NCBI RefSeq assembly: GCF_001194135.2
Contig: NC_068989.1
Span: forward strand, 33,163,875-33,227,874
Reading direction: 5' to 3'
Length of the DNA stretch: 64,000 bases
From: Octopus bimaculoides
Lineage: Eukaryota
Part shown: positions 27,435-40,940 of the stretch, in pieces
Numbering within the stretch: the stretch's first letter is position 1
Layout of the letters: each line of letters opens with the position of its first letter
Made by a program: the position numbers and the translations under genes
Notes under the pieces: model-generated
Seen by the model: the letters and a program-made list of their open reading frames with translations, nothing else
The model's database searches: none
What the model was told of the DNA's origin: nothing

Positions 27435-28465
27435 TTACATCATCCACATTCTTCCTGCTGTACTTAGTAGCAGAGGTGGATGCTCCAAGAGCATAGCTGT
27501 GAGAACAAAAATAGGCTGGGCAAAGTTCAGAGAGCTCCTACCTCTGCTGGCAACAAAGGGCCTCTCCCTCAGAGTGAAAGGCAGATTGAATGATGCGTCT
27601 GTGTGAACAGCTATGTTACATGGCAGTAAAACATGGCTGACAGCCAAGGACAAGTGTAAGCTTGAAAGAAATGAAGTCAGTATGCTTTGCTGGATGTGCA
27701 ATGTCAGTGTGCATGTTCGACAGAGTGTAAGCATCTTGAGAGAAAAGTTGGGCATAAGAGGCATCAGATGTGGTGTGCAAGAGAGACAAATGTGCTGGTA
27801 TGGTCAAGTGGTGCATATGGACAAGGACAGCTGTGTAAAGAAGTGCTGATCTCTAACTTTGAATGGAACCTGTGGTAGAGGTAGACCCAAGAAGACATGG
27901 GACGAGGTGGTGAAGCATGATCTTTGAACTTTGGGCCTCACAGAGGCAATGACTAATGACCGAGACCTTTGATGATATGCTGTGCTTGAGAAGACCTGTC
28001 AAGTCAAGTGAGATTGCAGTCGTGGCTGATGCTGGTGTCACCTAACTAGCACCCATGCTGGTGGCACGTAAAAAGCACCTTTCAAGCACTGGGCCTCACG
28101 GAGGGAAAGTGGCCAATGCCTGTGGCACATGAAAAGCACCTTTTGAATGTTGGGCCTCACAGAGGCAATGACAAATGATCAAAACTCTTGGCATTATGTC
28201 GTGCTTGAGAAGAATACCCATCAAGCCAAGTAAAATTGCAGTCGTGGCAGATACTAGTGTCATTCAAATGGCACCCGTGTTGGTGGCACATAAAAGCACC
28301 CATTAAACTCTTGAAGTGGTTAGCATAAGGAAAGGCATACAGCCATAGAAACCATACCAAATCAGACTGGAGTCTGGTGCAGCCTTCCAACTTGCCAGCT
28401 CTGGTTAAACCATCGAACCTATGCCAGCATGGACAACAGACATTAAATGATGATGATGATGATGA
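27435..28465 (+). mobile_element. RTE LINE 3' fragment
   Basis: MLHGSKTW..KLERNEVSMLCWMC..GRGRPKKTW; repeat-bearing 3' UTR; (GAT)n tail. Confidence 0.88.
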
Positions 28466-29148
28466 TAGTTATAACTCACTGAAGCAAACGAGTGGTTTGC
28501 TGGGTCATTGATAGAGCTTGTTTACATAATGAAAACATGTTAAAGTCCATTAGGGACATTCTTAATTCAGTGCGAGATCAAAAAACGTTCTGTACCAATG
28601 GAATTTCAGTATAGCAGTTGAATGCTTTCCTTATCCAACTGAAATATATAGAAATCCTATGTTCCAACACTAAGTCCTAAAATGAAGGTAGTAGAACCAC
28701 AACTAAATAAACAAAGACTCAATGTTGCATTAAGAGCATTTATTAAAAGTATCTTTGATATTTATTAGAAATATCTTTACAACATTGATACAATCAACAA
28801 ATAAAATACACAGGCTACCTATGTATTGCTAATAATCTGTTCCAATTTATCGAAAAGTCCAACTCATGCCAATATGGAAAACAGACCCTAAAGTGAAATG
28901 ATAATGAACTTCAATTGCAGTAACTTAAGGAATATCAAAGTTTATTAATTGCTCATCTAAATCTAATACCACAAATATTCTCCCCAGTATTACCTACTTC
29001 AAGTGATGAACTTAACATCATATATCACCAAATTGTGAAGAAAAATGAAATCCTTTCATGGACCACATGTTAGCTCTGGTTTCTGAAGCATCATGAGAAC
29101 AAAAAAATATATTTCCAATTATATATAGTGAGAAGGAGTTCAGCTTAC

Positions 29149-29245
29149 CTGAACCTGTTCTTTCTTTTTGTACTCTTCAACATTAACAAAAGAATTGATG
29201 ACCCCGTGTAGCACAGCCTGGTTAACATACCCGCCATTTCGATCT
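29149..29245 (-). CDS. CUL2: Cullin-2 coding exon 6 (97 nt)
   Basis: (K)DRNGGYVNQAVLHGVINSFVNVEEYKKKEQVQ; TTGCAG acceptor, GTAAGC donor. Confidence 0.95.
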
Positions 29246-30562
29246 CTGCAACAAATTAATGAAGCATTCTGTTTATGTAGCATATAGTAATTTAGATCAT
29301 TACAGGGTGGCAACATCAGGATAAGGGATTTATAGGTTAAACAGGACTCTGAAGACAGAGCATCTGGTTTAGTTATTATAGGGGTTAGTTAATTACAATA
29401 TGCAAAAAAGACTTATTATGTAAGTAGGAGCATTTAAAGATCTTATGCATTGCGTCTAAGGATTTCCAATACTTCTACTATATGTATATAACTCCTATCT
29501 GTCTCCACTACTTTTATAAAGCTGTGTTGAATGTATAATTGACCACATAATTGTGTAATATATATTTTTGTCAGTAAACTTTCAAATATATCAAGCTAAT
29601 GAAGTACAGCTAGCTTTATTCCTATTCTTAAATGTGTGCAGGTAGTTATACCAGTGATGTTTAAATTTAGATGTTATTATTAGAATTTGGTTTACTGATG
29701 AGATTACTAAGTCAGAGAGGATATTGGTGTAAGCTGGAGGGTTCAAAACATATTTAATTCCAAGGTGGTCAAGGACATTGTTGCTAGTCAGGATATGATA
29801 TAAGTTCCTACAATTAAACCTGCAATATTTTTTGTGAGGTTAGACATGGCAGGACAGGCAAGTTTTACAGTATGTCTTTTGAAAATTTCCCTGTATTGCT
29901 AGATGGAGTGAAGTGTTTATCCAAAGCCCAGGAAAATACCTTCCAGAATATCTTCTTACATAATTTATTTTCCCTTCTAACAATATTGTTTTTAGTAGTT
30001 AGGTTAGAGTTAGTTTTTTTTATTACTATATAGTAGTGTGTGACTGTTACAATTACTCAGAGAATAAGCACAATTATTTTTAATACTCTCACCTATGTGA
30101 ATAATTTTTTATTACCATATCTTAGTGCCTTGTAATAATCATAATTATACATATATAGAAACACACATACATACATACATGCAAATATGCATATAAAAAT
30201 AATAGCAATAATAACAACAATGATGAAATTAACTGCACATGGTTCCAGTTTGAAATTGCCAATTGATAAAAGTGAGATGTTTTCATAAGCATAAAATGAA
30301 GAAAAGAAATTAATATAAAATTGAAATTTGAATTATTTTTTATTGCATGCATTAGTGAACAATATCATTGGAAATTTGTACTTAATCTGAATAAAAATTT
30401 AATAAAAAATATAATTTTATTGATTTGAATTCACACAAATTTCCATTTGATTTTTTAAATTATTTCAATTTGATCTCCATCCTTTGGTTTATGAAAACAC
30501 CTCACATTTATCAATTCAATTTTAAATTACTAAGAAGGAAAAAATGTATCAAAATACCCTCC

Positions 30563-30762
30563 ATTATTTACATTATTTACATTTGATGGATATTTGTCCT
30601 CGTCTTGTTTGTTGTTAACACAACAATTTGGCTGATATACCCTCCAGCCTTCATCAGGTATATCAGCCAAAATGTTGTGTTAACAACAAACAAAATGGAC
30701 AAATATCCGTCAAATGTAAATAATGTACATAATTCCTCATCTCTTACATATAGAACTGTAAG
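30563..30762. mobile_element. Palindromic non-autonomous insert with a decayed hammerhead ribozyme core (Penelope-like derivative)
   Basis: Inverted arms of about 70 bp; minus strand reads CTGATGA-a-GGCTG-gagggtatat-CAGCC-aaattgtt; flanked by ATACCCTCC direct repeats. Confidence 0.7.
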
Positions 30763-30951
30763 ATACCCTCCTTTCTAGCTTTTATTCTTGAGCTTCGTTT
30801 TTTTTTCTTTAAACATAATAACTAATATATTACTAAAAATACCATATTAATTGCTCTTTTTTTTTTGTGCTTTACTTGGAAAATAATAGAAGCATATGTT
30901 TGCATTTAAGTTGAAAAGAAGAGATACAAAAGAATTTTAGCTGTAACTCAC

Positions 30952-31034
30952 TTTTGAATTTCTTGTAATATCAGCAATATTAACTGTAATTTTAATGGCT
31001 CAATCATGTGTCGTTTCCATATATCCAAACACAA
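30952..31034 (-). CDS. CUL2: Cullin-2 coding exon 5 (83 nt)
   Basis: LCLDIWKRHMIEPLKLQLILLILQEIQ(K); CTAAAG acceptor, GTGAGT donor. Confidence 0.93.
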
Positions 31035-32522
31035 CTTTAGAATAGAAAAGATCAAAAGAAGTCAATTTATAATATTGGTTTCAAATTTTGGCACAAGGCC
31101 AGTGAGTTCAGTAGAGGGGCTTAGTCTATTAATTCAACCCTAGTGTTCAACGTTGAAAGGATGTAAGGCAAAGTCAACTTCAGCAGAATTTTAACTCAGA
31201 ATGTAAAACTGGAATAAATGCCACTATGCATTTTGCCTGGCATGCTAACAATTCTACCAACTGAGCATCAATTTCTATCTATCTATCTATCTATCTATCA
31301 TTGTTGCTTTAATGGCCACTTTTTCATACTTGCATGAGTCAGATGAAATTTGTGGCAGATTTTCAACAGCCAAATATCCTTCCTATCGCCAACCTCACCT
31401 GTTTCCATGTAAGGTAATACTTCTCCATGATCAGACTTGTTTTCATGTAAGATTGGAAATGACTGATACCACTTGCATGATGACAACACTTGTTTACAAC
31501 TATCAAGCAATGTCAAGGAAAGGAGAAAGTAAAACACACATATATATAAAGACATGATGGAGTTCTTTCAGTTTCTATTTACCACATCCACTCACAATGC
31601 TTTGGCTGGCCCTGGACTATAGTAGAAGACATTTACACAAAGTGCTATGCAATGGGACTGAACTGTAACCATGATAAAACTTCTAAGAGATATAGTCAAC
31701 TGTAGTGTATAACTAAGGGCACATAGCCTGGTGGCTAGAGTGTTACATTCATGATTACAAGATCATGGTTTGCATTCCCAGAACAGGAGGTACATAATGT
31801 TCTTGAGCAAAACACTTAATTTCCTAGTGCTCTGTGACCACTTCAACATCTGTATGTGGTGCACCATGCTCCTGTACAGGCAATGTAGGTTTGATGGATG
31901 GAGTGAGTTAATTTACAGCACAAATATTTGATCACTGTGCAGGTTGTTCAACAAGAAATTGCAGAAACCACATCTGTCATCGACAACATACTACAAATAC
32001 TAGTACTGATGTTTTCAATCCTAGAGAGCTAAAAGATGAAGTCAATCCTAATAGAATTTGCAATTTATATGTAAGAAAAGGTAAGTAAATGTTATAAAGT
32101 ATTTTGTCCAGTGATCTACCATTTTTACTACTCTACTGCCCTCACATTATTTATAAATATTAATTTTGTGACTAAAACAAAACCAATGACAGGATTTCAT
32201 TTCCTATAAATGTGACACATCATGCTTAAGATGTTTCTCATTTTGCTAAGTTGATAAAATACATACCAGTAGTGTACAGATGTCAAATAAAACAATAACT
32301 AATAAAAGGTAATTCATATTCAGAGAGGAATATATTTCATAAACACTTAGTTTTTAGTCAGTACATCAATATTTTCGAACATGAAGATAATTTCAAAAAC
32401 ATTTTAATTTTATCAAATTCTTTAAATAGATCTTCAAAAAATGTAACAAGTTCAAATAAAAATTACAAATAAATTCCACAAGAAATGAAAAAATAAAATT
32501 GAATACAGTCTAAAATATTCAC

Positions 32523-32628
32523 CTCACCAATTTCAAGTTTCTGATCACTGGCTTCATAGTTAAAAGAACCATATGCCAGATCAGCATCAGACAGTTTTTG
32601 CTTCTTTATGTAAGTTGTATTTAAATAA
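32523..32628 (-). CDS. CUL2: Cullin-2 coding exon 4 (106 nt)
   Basis: (G)YLNTTYIKKQKLSDADLAYGSFNYEASDQKLEIGE; TTTCAG acceptor, GTGAAT donor. Confidence 0.95.
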
Positions 32629-33289
32629 CTGAAACATGTTAATAATAGAAATTAATAATTATCATATATATGGAACTGGAGAATATATAATATAAAAAAA
32701 CTTTCATTACTGTGGCAAATCAATAAATGTCAATATAATCAATTTATATAAATCTAGCAAAATTATCCATTAGTTAATGCTAATCCTTTAAGAAACTTCA
32801 AGGATCTTTAGGCTCTTTAGAAACTCTGGTTTCCATTTATCCTGGGAAACAACAGAGATAGGGTGTTGGATTCAGTAGATTTAACCCCTTTGTTACCATA
32901 TTTCTGCTGAGATACTCTGTGTTTCTTTCAATTGATTTTAAATATAACAAAAAATTTAGTAAAATAACTTAGTTATCATTAAGCTAGTATTAGAAACATA
33001 AATTGTGACTAAGGTTTGGTGGAAGATTTTAATTCAGAACTTTTGAAAACAAGACATTTGTACCACAGAGTCAGAGTCGATTTCAGGCAGGTTGGACAAA
33101 TCTCTATTGAGTTACATCTTCTTGGAAGCTATATCTAAAATATAAGAGAGCTATGGCTTAATCTTACAAAAAGACAAAAAAATTCCTTCCAGTGAGATTT
33201 TAAATCATAACCCATGCCATTTTGTTCCCACTGCCATTGACATCAAATAAAAATGTATTTTCAGGTCAGCTCTAAAATTTTGGCTTACA

Positions 33290-34180
33290 ACTCCTAGAGA
33301 GATCATGAACCAGTTAACTCTCACTTTAGAGAAGTTCAGTGAAAACAATGTTATTGTTGTAGACATCGGCAAAGCCTTGCAAGCATATCCAGAGACTAAC
33401 TTTCCCCAGTCATGCATCATCCATACAACCTAGACACCACATACAAAGCCTGCATTGATTCCATGCACAGAAATCTTGAGAGCGTCTACAGCAGAGCCAT
33501 GCCAACCTAGTCTCTTTTAACATCAAAATAGCTCAAGCACTACCAATAAACACTACTAAGAAAACATCACCACACACTCCTAAACATGAGTGGCACTTAA
33601 CTAGAGCTCTCTTACCTGACAAAAGCACATCCCAAAGACTGACCCTTTTTCTTCAGAGATAGAAAATGTATTAGGCCTCAACAGCTGCCAACACTCTACC
33701 AGGTTCAAATTAAGATTCACAAATAAGTAATACTCCCACATCTAGAACAGTGCTGCTATTACACACACCAACATCCTGGACATGAATTCAGAGAAAAGCC
33801 ACTCGACTGATTGGCATTTAATTACTAATGGATATGCTCAAGACTCAGACTACAGAAGTGCTGTCTCCATTGTCTTTTATATTGCCATTATAATGGCCTC
33901 TATTCCTCAGAGTTGACTATCTTATACCTCCACCACTCACACCCCAACCAGCTCATCTCCCTATTATCACACTTGTTGTGTCCACCTGACATTGACCACT
34001 ATGTTCAGTCCTTCCTCCCCAGAACATCAACCCTTTAGGATGTTCTCCCTGCTAATGTCTTTCTTGCCGGTATTGATCTCCAGCAATTTAAATGGAACAT
34101 TAATAGCATCAAGTTCAATGGTCTCAGATGTCATGGGTACTGCCTGCTCCTTCCTTTTACTTCCTTAGTTAAAAAAGAAA
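33290..34180 (+). mobile_element. Decayed CR1/L2-group LINE 3' fragment (copy A)
   Basis: VIVVDIGKAL RT remnant near 33350-33380; 3' segment encodes an SFLPRTSTL*DVL..DLQQFKWNINSI-like C-terminus. Confidence 0.6.
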
Positions 34181-34757
34181 CAAAAGACTATGGGTGTGAT
34201 AACCAAAGAATTGTAGCACTGAGTTTAGGCACCATCAGAACTATATATACTCTTTTTCAGTTAAATATTTTACATACATCAGACAATATCCAGAATAAAT
34301 CATTCAATGTTAAAGATTTGCAATAAAGGAAATTTACATAATACGTACCATAAAACATACAAAATAATTAATTCCATGTAAAGATATTATTAATCATTAC
34401 TAGTTCGTATCATTTTACACCTGTTTTTCCATGTTGGCGTGGGTTGGGTAGGTTTTCAATAACAGCTTTATGACCTCATGTCCTTCCTGTTGCCAACTCT
34501 TTTAGTTACCTCATACAACATGGTGTATCTACTGTAAAGCAGAGTTACTTAACAGTCTTGCTCCAAAATATTTTGGGATGTCTACATCTAGGAGAATAAA
34601 TGGAGATGACAACAGGAAGACACTGATTTTGATGTAATTGGATCACAATACTTGATACTGAGTTATTCTCATCTCATATCAAAGCCTGTAACTTGCTCAA
34701 TCAGTACAAAGGATTAAATAAAAATTGGTGAGATTATATTGTTTTTATTAAACTTAC

Positions 34758-34849
34758 CCAAAAAGTTGGTTCAAATATATGGATCCTTGACTGTATTCTT
34801 GCCAATGTTTGTGGTATGCTGATAATATGTTGCTATCATTTCGAACAGT
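34758..34849 (-). CDS. CUL2: Cullin-2 coding exon 3 (92 nt)
   Basis: TVRNDSNILSAYHKHWQEYSQGSIYLNQLF(G); TTTTAG acceptor, GTAAGT donor; in frame with both neighbours. Confidence 0.95.
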
Positions 34850-36477
34850 CTAAAATTAATAAGAAGGACAGAGAAGCTTATAATCTTAGAGTAAACTGTG
34901 ACAGTATTAAAGAAAACAATATAACAGAACATCATCAACACACTGTTGTGTCAACATGCCTTACCATCCTTATTTTCATTCTTTACTAGCAGTATGTAAA
35001 ATCACAAAATATTAGCTATATTTTCTCAGCCCCTATTTTATTTAATTCATAAATTTGTGTAAGAATTTCTCAATGAAAATCTCCCAATCTGGTTAGAAAG
35101 AAGCAATTTTGATGAAAATGCATTTATTCCAGTATAAAAATCGTACAAATATAACTATTCCATGAATTTGGATGGAACTTAATGAGATGTAACAAATGCT
35201 GATATACATTGTGAATGTGGTTGTGAAGCTGCACAACTTGTATTTGAAAAAATATTCAGTGATATGCCTTCATCTCCTTCATTGTGGTGTTGCTCTGTTG
35301 ATGCATATATCATGTAATTTTATCACTCATCATCATCATCATCAACAACAACAACAAAAATCTCTTCAGGAAAAAGTTGAAGAAAATGTACCACAGACTT
35401 TACTTCTAAGTTGAAAATTTTTTGAGGGCCAACACCACAAATGAAAGCATTAACACAATGATTATGTGATCAATCCACTCCAACTCAAAATTAATAAATC
35501 TTGATATCATTTAGATTGCTGGTGTGTATAGATGACACTGAAGTATCTGTCTGATTATTTACTTCAAGTCCAAGCTCTCTTATTCTAATTAAATCATTAA
35601 ATCAATAAATAGACAACAACAAATAAATCATTAATAAATAATATCACTGAATTTCAACTCACTGCTTGAGGTATATCTGCCATAATACTTGAAAATTGAA
35701 ACAAGAAAAAAAATCCCAAAATGTCCAACAGATACAAATGCACATGGTGCAAATAGGAAGTCATTTGTCAGAAAGTACTTTTTAAAATAATACTAATCTT
35801 GATTTCTCGCACAGAAAAGTGTGTAACCCCAGTTTTTTAAATTGTGGTTACATATGGTTCAGGAACCAATGACAGTTTCAGTTACTTGCAGTACTGTAAG
35901 AATTACTATATTTGGTAAGGAAATAGTAAAGCACTTGTGAGGATATATGAACTGTCAGTTATTTGATAATAGCTGCAGCTCTCATGCTGATAATTTTAAC
36001 TAAAATTATTATCATTATATATTCTTCAAAATCTCCCATCTTTTGCTCTACTCCTTTGACTTAGTATATTTACTTAAAATATTGGCTTCAAATTTTAGCA
36101 GCAAGGCCAGTAAGTTGATTACACCAACCCCAGTACTCAGCTGGTACTTAAAAGGGACGAAAGGCAAAGTTGACCTCAGCAGAATTTGAACTTAAAACTT
36201 AAAGGCAGACGAAATGCAACTAAGCATTTTGCCCAGCACGTGAACAAATCTGCCAGCTTGCCACCTTATATTTGCTTAAAATATTGTACTGTAGTACAAA
36301 TCAAGCAAACAATTGTAATTATCACCATAAGTATAGAAACAGATATATTAAAACATTAAGAAGCTACATATGAATTGCTAGATAAAACAAAATGCTAGAA
36401 TACAGTATCTTATGAACTGTAGCAAAAGATATATTAAAAAAAAACAAGAAAAAAAGAAAGCATTATAAAATTAACAT

Positions 36478-36641
36478 AGGCACAGGTGTGGTTGTGTGGT
36501 AAGAAGTTTACTTCCCAACCAGTTTCAGGTTCAGTCCCACTGCATAGCATCTTAGGCAAGTGTCTTCTACTATAGCCTTGGGCAAACCAAAGCCTTGTGA
36601 AAAGCTTTGATAGACGAAAACTGAAAGAAGCCCATTGTGTA
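36478..36641 (+). mobile_element. tRNA-derived SINE, 5' half (3' half resumes at 41160-41390)
   Basis: A-box-like TGGTTGTGTGG and B-box-like GGTTCAGTCCC; collinear with the intact copy at 52795. Confidence 0.75.
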
Positions 36642-36689
36642 CAGGATGTCCTAGAAAGATTTACCCATGTTTAAAACTCTTCCTAACGA

Positions 36690-37154
36690 ATATCAGTTCA
36701 GGCCTCAGCAGCTGCTGACACTCTACCATGCTTACATTAGATTCACAAATGAGTAATACTCCCACATCTAGAACAATGCTGCTACTACACACACCAACAT
36801 CCTGGACATGAATTCAGAGAAAAGCCACTCGACTGATTGGCATTTAATTACTAATGGATATGCTCAAGACTCAGACTACAGAAGTGCTGTCTCCATTGTC
36901 TTTTATATTGCCATTATAATGGCCTCTATTCCTCAGAGTTGACTATCTTATACCTCCACCACTCACACCCCAACCAGCTCATCTCCCTATTATCACACTT
37001 GTTGTGTCCACCTGACATTGACCACTATGTTCAGTCCTTCCTCCCCAGAACATCAACCCTTTAGGATGTTCTCCCTGCTAATGTCTTTCTTGCCGGTATT
37101 GATCTCCAGCAATTTAAATGGAACATTAATAGCATCAAGTTCAATGGTCTCAGA
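36690..37154 (+). mobile_element. CR1/L2-group fragment (copy B) inside the Tc1 element
   Basis: Homologous to copy A (33670-34128); the last 369 bp are identical. Confidence 0.7.
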
Positions 37155-38049
37155 GAGACTTCAAATATTATCTACATTCTACATAAAGATTTGTATATGT
37201 CTTTTGTTCATGAATCTATTGTTTCATTCATTCGTAATAGGTTTGTAAACAAACATAGCATCAAAAGCAAAGCATGACCAGATTGTCGCTTTGAAAACAG
37301 CTGGAGTGAGCAAAAAGGATATAACAAAACAGTTGAATGTGTGCCGTAAAACAGTGTTCAATACCTGGAAACGATATATGGAGCCTGCTACTTCCTCTAA
37401 CAATCCAATTCTTGGTAGGAAACAATCAATTCATACCAAACAAACAGTTACAGTTGTGGAGTAAATGAACTGAAATACCTACAGGAGTGCAAGAAAAACT
37501 GCAAAAGCTCTTGCTATTTCGAAATTGTCAACGCACAGGATTTTTAAAGAGGATTCAAAGCCAATTGCATACAAGAAACAATTCTGGCAGTTAATTTCAG
37601 CAGCTTCCAAGAAGAAACAGCTAGATAGGGGTGAAACCATGTTAGCTAAGATGAAGTGCACTGCTAACAAAGTGTTAATTTGGTCCAATGAGAAGATCCT
37701 CACCATGGAAGCAGTTACCAACAGGCAGAATGATAGGCTTTATACATGTAATGCAGGAGACTTGCTCGAAAGTAGCAGGAGTCATTTACACCAACAGAAA
37801 CCAGCTTCACTCATGGTATGGGCCACAGCTGCAAAGATAGGTCCAAGTCTCCTTTGATCTTCATCAATGCTGGCATCAAGGTCAACAGCAAAGTTTATGT
37901 GGAAATGTTGAATGAGAAAGTGTTATTCTAGGTCAGAGAAACCTTTGGTGACCGTTACATCTTCACTCAAAACAGGGCTCCGGCCCACACATCCAATTTG
38001 ACACAGGGGTAGTGCAAAGAGTATTTCAATGGACTTTGCTATCTGGTTC

Positions 38050-40940
38050 ATCATCATCATCATCATCATCATCGTCATTTAACGTCCACTTTCCATGCTG
38101 GCATGGATTGGACGGTTTGACTGAGGGCTGGCAAGCCACAAGGCTGTACCAGGCTCCAATCTGATCTGACAAAGTTTCTACAGCTAGATGCCCTCCCTAA
38201 TGCCAACTACTCCAGGAGTGTAGTGGGTACTTTTTACATGCCACAGGCATGAAAGCCAGTCAGGCAGTACTGGCATCAACCATGCTTGAATGGTACATTT
38301 TACATGCCACCAGCATGGAGCCAGTCAGGTGAAACTGGCAATGATCATGTTTGAATGGTGCTTTTTATATGCCACCGGCACTGGAGCCAGTCAGTCGGAA
38401 CTGGCATCAACCATGCTCGAATGGTGCTTTTTACATGCCACAAGCACAGGAGCCAGTCAAGTGACACTGGCAACAATCACGCTCAAATGGTGCTTTTTAC
38501 ATGCCAATCAGGCTGCACTGGCATTGACCACGCTCAATTGGTGCTTTTTATGTGCCACTGGCACAGGTGCCAATCAGGCGGTACTGTCATCAGCCATGAC
38601 AATGACTTCACCAGGTCTTCACAAGCGCAGTTTACTGCTCAATGATTGAAGGGTACTCTTAAATGGACCGATTATGCTGCACAGGCATAAGCCATGGTTA
38701 CGGTCTCACTTGGCTTGCCAGATCTTCTCAAGCACTGCATATCTCCAAAGGTTTTAGTCACTTGTCGTCACCTCTGTGAGGCCCAACATTCAACGGCCAT
38801 GCTTCACCACCTCATCCCAGGTCTTCCTGGGTCTACCTCTTCCACAGGTTCCCTCTACTGCTACGGTGTGACACATTTTCACACAACTGTCCTCATCCAT
38901 ATGCCCATACCAGTGCAGTCGTCTCTCTTGCACACCACATCTGATGCTTCTTATGCCCAACTTTTCTCTCAGGGCACTTACACTCTGTTGTGTATGCACA
39001 CTGACCTTACACATCCAGCGGAGCATACTAGCTTCATTCCTTGCAAACTTACACAAAGCCTCAGCAGTCATGGCCCATGTTTCACAGTCATGTAGCAAAA
39101 CTGTTCGCACACATGCGTCATAAAGTCTACCTTTTTCTCAGAGTGAGAGGCACTTTGTCACCAGCAGAGGTAGGAGCTCTCTGAACTTTGCCCAGGCTAT
39201 TCTTATTCTAGCATCTACACTTGTGGGAGAATTCACCCCGACTACTGACTTGGTCACCTAGGTAACAGAAGCTATCAACTACTTCTAGCTTTTCCCCCTG
39301 GCATGTGATGGAAGCTGTTTTCTGCATATTTTCGGTGTTTATTGCCCCTGAGCATTTGCCACACACAAAAACTATCTTCCCAGTTAGCCTTCCTTTGATA
39401 TTGCTGCACCTCTTATGTGTACCTCTTATGGGTACATCTTATGGAGTTTCTATGCCTTTTCTACAGATCGAGCAAGGCCATCTACCTGAAGGCATTTGTA
39501 ATTTGTTTGCCTTCCTACTTATTAAGACTTTGGTTTTTTTCTAGATTGACTCTAAGGCCCTTTGATTCTAGACCTTGCTTCCACACCTGAAACTTCTCTA
39601 GTTCTGCTAGTGACTCAGCTATTAAAGCAATGTCATCAGCATAGAGGAGCTCCCAGGGGCATCCTGTCTTGAATTCTTCTGTTACTGCCTGGAGGACTAT
39701 GATGAATAAGAGGGGGCTGAGGACTGATCCTTGGTGGACCCCTACCTAGAATTCTTCACTATACTCGTTGCCAGCCCTCACCTTACTGACAGCATCCTTG
39801 TACATGGCTTGTACAGCTCTCATGACCACCAGATAAGGGAACGAGGGACTTGTCAAAAGCTTTCTCCATGTCAATGAATACCATGTACAAAGGTTCATCT
39901 TTGGCTAGGTATTTCTCCTGCAGCTGTCTTACCAGAAATATAGCATCAGTGGTGCTTTTCCCTGGCACAAACCCAAACTGCATCTCATCTAAACTAACTC
40001 TCTCTCTACTTAGTTGGGCTATGACATTCTCCGTGACTTTCATTACCTGATCCAACAACTTGATATCTCTGTAATTATTCATATCTAATGCATCACCTTT
40101 ACCTTTGTAGCAGTTGACTATGGTGCTGCTACACCAGTCATAGAGTATGACTCCTTCATGTATCACCTGATTGACTATACAGGTGACTAGACTATAGCCA
40201 ACACCGACAGATATTTTAAGCATTTCTGCAGTGATTCTTGGTGGGCTGGGAGCCTCCTCTGTCTTCATACCCTTAATTGCTTTATCTACCAAGGTACAGT
40301 CAATTTGGATAGCTGGTCCCTCTGTTGGGTCGACATTCAGCAGACTCTCTTTCTCCCATTCATTCTCTTCATTTAGCAACCTTTCATAGTGGCGTCTCCA
40401 AGTCTCTCTCTTTGCAGCCTTGTCTAGTGCAAGTGAACCATAATCCATGCAGACACATTTCTCTCCTATGACATCATGATTCTCTCTCACACGCTGTCTT
40501 GCAACATGAAACACTTCAAGTATTTGCTCCTCACGGCACAGAACATTAACAAATTTTTTTTCTTATCTGCTTCCCCTCTGGCTAAGTAAACCTGGCTCCT
40601 AGCCTCCCTTCCGGCAATCTGATATAATTCCCTGCTACCACCGTTCTTCCAGTCCTTCCATGCCTGTTTCTTTTCCCTAATGGCCCTGTCAACTACATTG
40701 TTCCACCACCACGTTACCTTGGGTCGAGAGGGGCCTTTGCACCATCCACAGATCTGGTCAGTAGCCCTCAACAGGTTATCTCGTAGGAACCTCCTGTTGT
40801 CTTCCACATCATGTGATGCTATGTCCCTTTCTATTTCATCAAAAGCTTTGAGTAATACGTCTCTAAATCTCTGAGAGTAATGTTTCTGCTTACTCCTATT
40901 TAAATGTGTCAGATCTGAAGAAAGCCTGTGTGTTTTCATG
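38050..40940 (-). mobile_element. RTE LINE, about 2.9 kb, 5'-truncated and frameshifted
   Basis: NYRDIKLL, MQFGFVPGKSTTDAIF, FIDMEKAFD, FCYLGD, GRGRPRKTW; tandem repeats in the 3' UTR; (GAT)n tail at 38050-38075. Confidence 0.92.

Noticed and set aside
38230-38600. CRISPR-like repeat array
   Set aside because: Units are contiguous diverged tandem repeats without unique spacers, inside a eukaryotic LINE 3' UTR; no cas genes.
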